64,000 nt of DNA from Patescibacteria group bacterium. Its GTDB lineage: Bacteria > Patescibacteriota > Dojkabacteria > GCA-002793355. The stretch lies in the NCBI GenBank assembly GCA_016860985.1, contig BOKM01000001.1:399462-463461 (forward strand), read 5' to 3'. The notes under the pieces were generated by a model. That model searched no databases. It was not told the DNA's origin and saw nothing but the letters and a program-made list of their open reading frames with translations. Of this stretch, positions 58,413 to 64,000 are shown one piece after another. Position 1 is the first letter of the stretch, and the number at the start of each line of letters is the position of its first letter. The position numbers and the translations under genes are program-made.

Positions 58413-59326
58413 TTCAGTTACCCCAAGACCAGATTAAAGAAGCACACGTTTTACAAAGTACTGTACGGTATGCCGACCTTTTACCTACGAAATCGAGGAG
58501 AAAAGACACTGCAGTAGTTTTCCTTGCAGGACAAAAGTCACCACTCGAGAGGTTCTTTCCGTTTTCGCAGTATTTTGCACAGTTTTACCACACATATGGG
58601 TACGAGATACCTGGAATGGGTGTACAAAAAAGAGCACCCAACTCTCCGGCAACAATAAAAACAATGAGCCAAGAGTTAGCAGTTTTTATTCAAGAGATTG
58701 TGCAAGAGCCGAATGTGATTGTTGTAGCTGGGTCTGTAGGTTTTTGGTTCACCACCGAGGCGTTATTATCTGAGCAAACACTTAGAAACAAAGTTAAAAA
58801 AATTGTGTCACTTGTCGGAGTACTTGGACAATCGACGTTCGGGTTTTCGACGATAAAACGAAAGCTAATCCTACGCTTTTGCAAGCTCATTACCACACCT
58901 CGTGCTCAAAAAATTGTACAGTCGCTTTTGGAACATGATCGCTTCTTAAATTTTTACGTGAAGTGGCTTATTCGCAGGCGCCACCTTTCTCATCTCAAAG
59001 AAACAGACCAACAAGAATTCGAAGAGTTTGAACGCTTTTTACTTAAGACCTCTGATTGGAAAATTCACTTTTCTACCGTGGCACAATACCTAACCACCGA
59101 TGTATCTTCTGAAGAAAAGCTCAACATCCCGCTACTTTCACTATATACCTCTCATGACGAATATTTTCCCTTTGAAAACCAGAAACGTAATTTCGAAAAG
59201 ACATACTCAGACATTACATGGATTCCAATCCCACTTACTCGCCACGCACCACTTGTTGTAAAAGATTTTCATGATTATCAAGAAATCATCCCAGAATCGA
59301 AAATATTTGAATTTCTTGACAAGTAA
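58409..59326 (+). CDS. Hypothetical protein, possible alpha/beta-hydrolase fold with a variant AGSVG nucleophile elbow
   Basis: Start overlaps the ATP-grasp stop (ATGA). VVVAGSVGFWF is a weak elbow-like motif. Confidence 0.35.
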   Translation: MIQLPQDQIKEAHVLQSTVRYADLLPTKSRRKDTAVVFLAGQKSPLERFFPFSQYFAQFYHTYGYEIPGMGVQKRAPNSPATIKTMSQELAVFIQEIVQEPNVIVVAGSVGFWFTTEALLSEQTLRNKVKKIVSLVGVLGQSTFGFSTIKRKLILRFCKLITTPRAQKIVQSLLEHDRFLNFYVKWLIRRRHLSHLKETDQQEFEEFERFLLKTSDWKIHFSTVAQYLTTDVSSEEKLNIPLLSLYTSHDEYFPFENQKRNFEKTYSDITWIPIPLTRHAPLVVKDFHDYQEIIPESKIFEFLDK

Positions 59327-59344
59327 CTGTCGCCTTTTTATAAT
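59316..59344 (+). promoter_or_regulatory. Consensus sigma-70 promoter of groEL: TTGACA, 17-nt spacer, TATAAT
   Basis: TTGACA at 59316..59321, a 17-nt spacer, and TATAAT at 59339..59344. All of it was read directly from the sequence. Confidence 0.6.
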
Positions 59345-59346
59345 CA

Positions 59347-59373
59347 TTAGCATTCTCTTGTGGTGACTGCTAA
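59347..59373. promoter_or_regulatory. CIRCE operator (HrcA-binding inverted repeat)
   Basis: TTAGCATTC, 9-nt spacer, GACTGCTAA. Consensus is TTAGCACTC-N9-GAGTGCTAA, so one mismatch per arm. It sits between the -10 box and the groEL start. Confidence 0.7.
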
Positions 59374-59387
59374 AATACTGTCACTGA

Positions 59388-61043
<1,656 letters not shown>

Positions 61044-61048
61044 CGAAT

Positions 61049-61062
61049 GGGGCGAAAGCCCC
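61049..61062 (+). terminator. GC stem-loop (ggggc-gaaa-gcccc) directly after the groEL stop. A weak intrinsic-terminator candidate
   Basis: Perfect 5-bp GC stem with a GNRA loop, but no following U-tract. Confidence 0.3.
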
Positions 61063-61098
61063 ACGCTCCGTTAATTCATTTGAGCGAACTCCGAGAAT

Positions 61099-61854
61099 CT
61101 ATACGAGTGAACTGCCGGTAGGTCTTTTCTCTCGCCAAATTGTTCGGATTCTTGTTTGGTATGTAGTTTTTGGATCCATGAGAGTCGATTCAATCCGACT
61201 TCCCGAAATTAATACCGCTAACCTATCGGCATCAACATCCTTAAAGTGATCGATTCTTCGAGTAATTGGATCTGACGACTTTAAGTTTAGCTCCATTGCC
61301 AGCTGCTTAAGCGATATTTCCGAAACAAAATTAGCACTTAATACTCGAGCCAGTTTGTCCGGATTATCCTCTTTATAAACTTCTGCCGGATCGTTCATTT
61401 GATATTCAACGATTCGTGCCGTGAGAGCTTGCTTTTCTTCTTGGCTGAGACCCCCGTGACTCTTATCTGGAATAAAGTGTAGCAAAGGAGTTCTTGTTTT
61501 CTTTGTGGCTTCGTCTTGTACCCGTAACTGTGCTGCAACAGCAAGAACAACAACATCTGACAAGGTTAGATTTAATTCATTTCCAAGACCAAGATGTTTA
61601 CGATATACAACATCAGCAATATGGCAAAGCACTTCGGCACGTTTTTCCGCAATAGCGGGGAGATTAAGCAAGTTGGTATATGGCACATCCTCGATTAGCT
61701 TTTCGGTGGCAGCTGCATAGGCTTCACTACGTTTTTTTATTTCTGTCCGCAAGCCACTTTCTGCACCCTGCTTAAGCCTACCTTCATTGATTGTGCGCAC
61801 TTCTTCCAGAAATGTTGCAAATCTGCTTTTTTCATATTCTATTGTCATATACAC
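61099..61854 (-). CDS. Hypothetical protein
   Basis: 251 aa, soluble and helical. No motif recognised. GC is higher than its surroundings. Confidence 0.35.
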   Translation of the reverse strand: MYMTIEYEKSRFATFLEEVRTINEGRLKQGAESGLRTEIKKRSEAYAAATEKLIEDVPYTNLLNLPAIAEKRAEVLCHIADVVYRKHLGLGNELNLTLSDVVVLAVAAQLRVQDEATKKTRTPLLHFIPDKSHGGLSQEEKQALTARIVEYQMNDPAEVYKEDNPDKLARVLSANFVSEISLKQLAMELNLKSSDPITRRIDHFKDVDADRLAVLISGSRIESTLMDPKTTYQTRIRTIWREKRPTGSSLV

Positions 61855-61894
61855 ACGATTATAACATCTTATAGGATACGTTATAATAATATCG

Positions 61895-62698
61895 ATGGAT
61901 ATCAGTGCATTTAAAAAAGTAGTGTGGGATTTTTTTGCTCACAACAAAAGATCTTTTCCGTGGAGAGATACCCGCAACCCTTACGAAATTTTCGTCTCTG
62001 AGTTTATGCTACAACAGACACAAACTGCGCGAGTTATACCAAAGTATCTAAGTTGGCTACAGCTATTCCCTACAGTTGCAACACTCGCGCAAGCTCCTCT
62101 GTCTACGGTGCTTACGGAATGGAGTGGGCTTGGATACAACCGTAGGGCAAAGTTCCTACACTCTGCAGCAAAAGTGATTGCAATAGACCTGAAGAATGTT
62201 TTTCCTTCGACGTACGCTGAACTCATACAACTTCCTGGTGTTGGACATTACACCGCGAATGCAGTGTTAGCATTTGCGTATAACCTACCAGTTCCAGTTG
62301 TAGAGACTAACATTAGAACCGTTTTTTTACATCATTTTTTCTCTAATAGCCAAAAGATTACTGAAAAAGAGTTTGAGTCATTAGCAACGGAAACCGTAGA
62401 TAACGATAATCCGAGAGAGTGGTACTACGCGTTAATGGACTACGGAAATTGGTTAAAGACAGAAGGTATCCACCACTTTGACCGACAGAAAAAGTATCGT
62501 AAACAAGCACCATTTAAGGGATCTAACCGCTTTGTTCGAGGATATCTACTTCGCGAAGTACTCAAATATAACAGCCTGAAGCTTTCGGACGTGATTATTC
62601 CCGGATATAGTGCAGCTACTGTAAAGAAAATTGCAGAAATTCTTCACCAAGAGGGACTTCTTATTAAGCAAGGTCTTTATATCAAAAAAGTCGTGTAG
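61895..62698 (+). CDS. HhH-GPD DNA glycosylase resembling the MutY/EndoIII catalytic domain, without a C-terminal Fe-S cluster motif
   Basis: FPWR..R.PYEIFVSEFMLQQTQ, W.GLGYNRRAKFLH and LPGVGHYTANAVLAFAY follow the MutY N-domain pattern. No Cys-x6-Cys-x2-Cys-x5-Cys loop is present. Confidence 0.65.
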   Translation: MDISAFKKVVWDFFAHNKRSFPWRDTRNPYEIFVSEFMLQQTQTARVIPKYLSWLQLFPTVATLAQAPLSTVLTEWSGLGYNRRAKFLHSAAKVIAIDLKNVFPSTYAELIQLPGVGHYTANAVLAFAYNLPVPVVETNIRTVFLHHFFSNSQKITEKEFESLATETVDNDNPREWYYALMDYGNWLKTEGIHHFDRQKKYRKQAPFKGSNRFVRGYLLREVLKYNSLKLSDVIIPGYSAATVKKIAEILHQEGLLIKQGLYIKKVV

Positions 62699-62707
62699 AA
62701 TATTCCT

Positions 62708-63376
62708 ATGGCTCATATTGTAATTCTCCCCGGATGGATGCAGACCTCTGCAGATTGGAAGTCAGTCCAAGAGAAACTCGGGTCCCACACAGTGGATATT
62801 ATTGACCTCCCTGGATTTGGAATTCAACCAATAATTGATAGCGCGTGGGGAGTTCCCGAATATGCCGATTATGTGGCTTCACACATTGCCTTACACAACT
62901 GGAATGATCTTATACTTATTGGTCATTCATTTGGGGGCCGTGTGGCTTCATACCTCGCTGCACAAAATCCCTTATGGCTTAAGGCACTCGTACTTTATGG
63001 CGCACCTTGCTTATACAGACCGACGCTTAAAGTGAGAATCATTTCACGTCTAGCTAAAATTGCAAAAAAATTTGGCATTTCGAAGAAACTATCACCCAAC
63101 AAAGAACTTCTTGCTGCAGACGAAATAGGGCTTGGAACAACTTACAGAAAAACTATACCTTTTGACCAAACTGATCTGGTAAAAAACATACGAGTTCCTA
63201 CACTATTGCTTTGGGGCTCAGAAGATACCGAAGCTCCAACTTATATTGCAGATGAGTTACAACAGCTTATTCCACGAAACCATTTACAATTCCTTGCTCA
63301 CCAAGGACATAACATACATTTAACTAACCCCTCACTTTTTTATGGCATTATTACACAATACATTAAAAATTTATAA
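62708..63376 (+). CDS. Alpha/beta-hydrolase fold protein
   Basis: Nucleophile elbow LIGHSFGGRVASYLA, plus a C-terminal His (HQGHNIHL). Confidence 0.65.
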   Translation: MAHIVILPGWMQTSADWKSVQEKLGSHTVDIIDLPGFGIQPIIDSAWGVPEYADYVASHIALHNWNDLILIGHSFGGRVASYLAAQNPLWLKALVLYGAPCLYRPTLKVRIISRLAKIAKKFGISKKLSPNKELLAADEIGLGTTYRKTIPFDQTDLVKNIRVPTLLLWGSEDTEAPTYIADELQQLIPRNHLQFLAHQGHNIHLTNPSLFYGIITQYIKNL

Positions 63377-64000
63377 TACATTCTTGCCGTTTTTCGACAC
63401 ACTCTATATATTACAGCTGGAGGAATATTCGAACAAAAGACTTCTACACTGGCTGCCACGTTTTTTCTTTAAAAGAAACATACAAAAGCGTGAAAGACTC
63501 ATTATAACTAAGAAGGTACTTATCCTTACGGTACTAAGCCACATTTTATTCATTTTTTCGGCACTGTTACTCTTGGACATTACTAGAGGCAACCTATACA
63601 CCTCGGCTGCACTAATTGTTGCACATATTTTAGCCGTCCCATTTTTTGTGTTTTGTGCAAATGCCATTTTTACCGTTGTTGAATTATTTCCTAAGAAGAA
63701 GCAATTGGCACGTGCTGCACAAAAAGTAAAAAGAGTGAACCCAAAAACTATTGTAATTGCCGGAAGTTTTGGAAAAACGAGTACAAAAAACTTCGTTTAC
63801 CAACTATCCAAATCCTCCTTTCGAACACAGATGATTCCGGGGAATATTAATACGCCAATGGGTATTGCCAATTGGGTACTCTCCTCTTTATTACCAACTA
63901 CCGAACTGTTAATTGCAGAGGTAGATGCATATGAAGTAGGTGAGATCAAAAGAAGTTGCCTTGTAATTCCTGCCGACGTTGCGTTACTTACAAATATTGG
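63342..64000 (+). CDS. Mur ligase family protein, MurF-like (3'-partial at window end). It has an unusual hydrophobic N-terminal segment
   Basis: Not in the ORF track because it runs off the window. My own translation from the ATG at 63342 gives ...TIVIAGSFGKTSTKNFVYQLS...QMIPGNINTPMGIANWVL...LLIAEVDAYEVGEI...PADVALLTNIG. This parallels MurF (GSSGKTS / AGNLNNDIGVP / AVIELGANHQGEI / ALVNNLAAAHLE). About 60 residues before the P-loop are strongly hydrophobic. The gene overlaps the upstream gene by 35 nt. Confidence 0.55.
   Translation, partial: MALLHNTLKIYNTFLPFFDTLYILQLEEYSNKRLLHWLPRFFFKRNIQKRERLIITKKVLILTVLSHILFIFSALLLLDITRGNLYTSAALIVAHILAVPFFVFCANAIFTVVELFPKKKQLARAAQKVKRVNPKTIVIAGSFGKTSTKNFVYQLSKSSFRTQMIPGNINTPMGIANWVLSSLLPTTELLIAEVDAYEVGEIKRSCLVIPADVALLTNI

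Noticed and set aside
63404-63667. An 87-aa minus-strand ORF listed in the track
   Set aside because: It is antisense to the murF-like coding frame, which carries clear Mur-ligase motifs. It is probably spurious.

Overview
The window is a roughly 40% GC stretch from a small-genome bacterium, possibly a Candidate Phyla Radiation (Patescibacteria)-like lineage. Clues are DUF5667 and GLUG-repeat proteins and the absence of groES upstream of groEL. Nearly every base is coding.

Housekeeping genes: rpoD, groEL (consensus sigma70 promoter plus CIRCE operator), tgt-like, tag, a Nudix-Sua5/TsaC fusion, pepF-like M3 peptidase, mutY-like glycosylase, murF-like ligase (3' partial), HIT, AI-2E transporter, HAD hydrolase, NUDIX hydrolase, L,D-transpeptidase, subtilisin S8 and an Amidase_2 peptidoglycan hydrolase.

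These are interleaved with very large secreted or surface proteins. The most striking pattern is a family of three giant proteins (1220, 1059 and 1276 aa). Each has a different N-terminal ectodomain: NHL beta-propeller, GLUG repeats, or another propeller plus an Fn3-like domain. All three share a Thr/Pro-rich linker followed by a roughly 430-aa conserved C-terminal module: an Ig-like domain, a TM helix with a K/R stop-transfer, a transthyretin/CarboxypepD_reg-like domain, a TM hairpin and a second CarboxypepD_reg-like domain. Two are tandem and co-oriented with a PAS-only 7TM sensor and an L,D-transpeptidase.

Other notable loci:
- A b5 / MAPR / NOX-like (bis-heme FRD + FAD/NAD) / b5 gene cluster joined to a two-component system whose histidine kinase carries one in-frame TAA.
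- A permuted, split PEP-utilizing phosphotransferase pair.
- A minus-strand block of secreted proteins, including a 1210-aa Cys-rich protein and a DUF2202 ferritin-like protein.
- Tandem paralogous membrane-anchored unknowns.
- A CphA-N-like ATP-grasp coupled to a hydrolase-like gene.

No tRNA, rRNA, CRISPR array, integrase or transposase was recognised.
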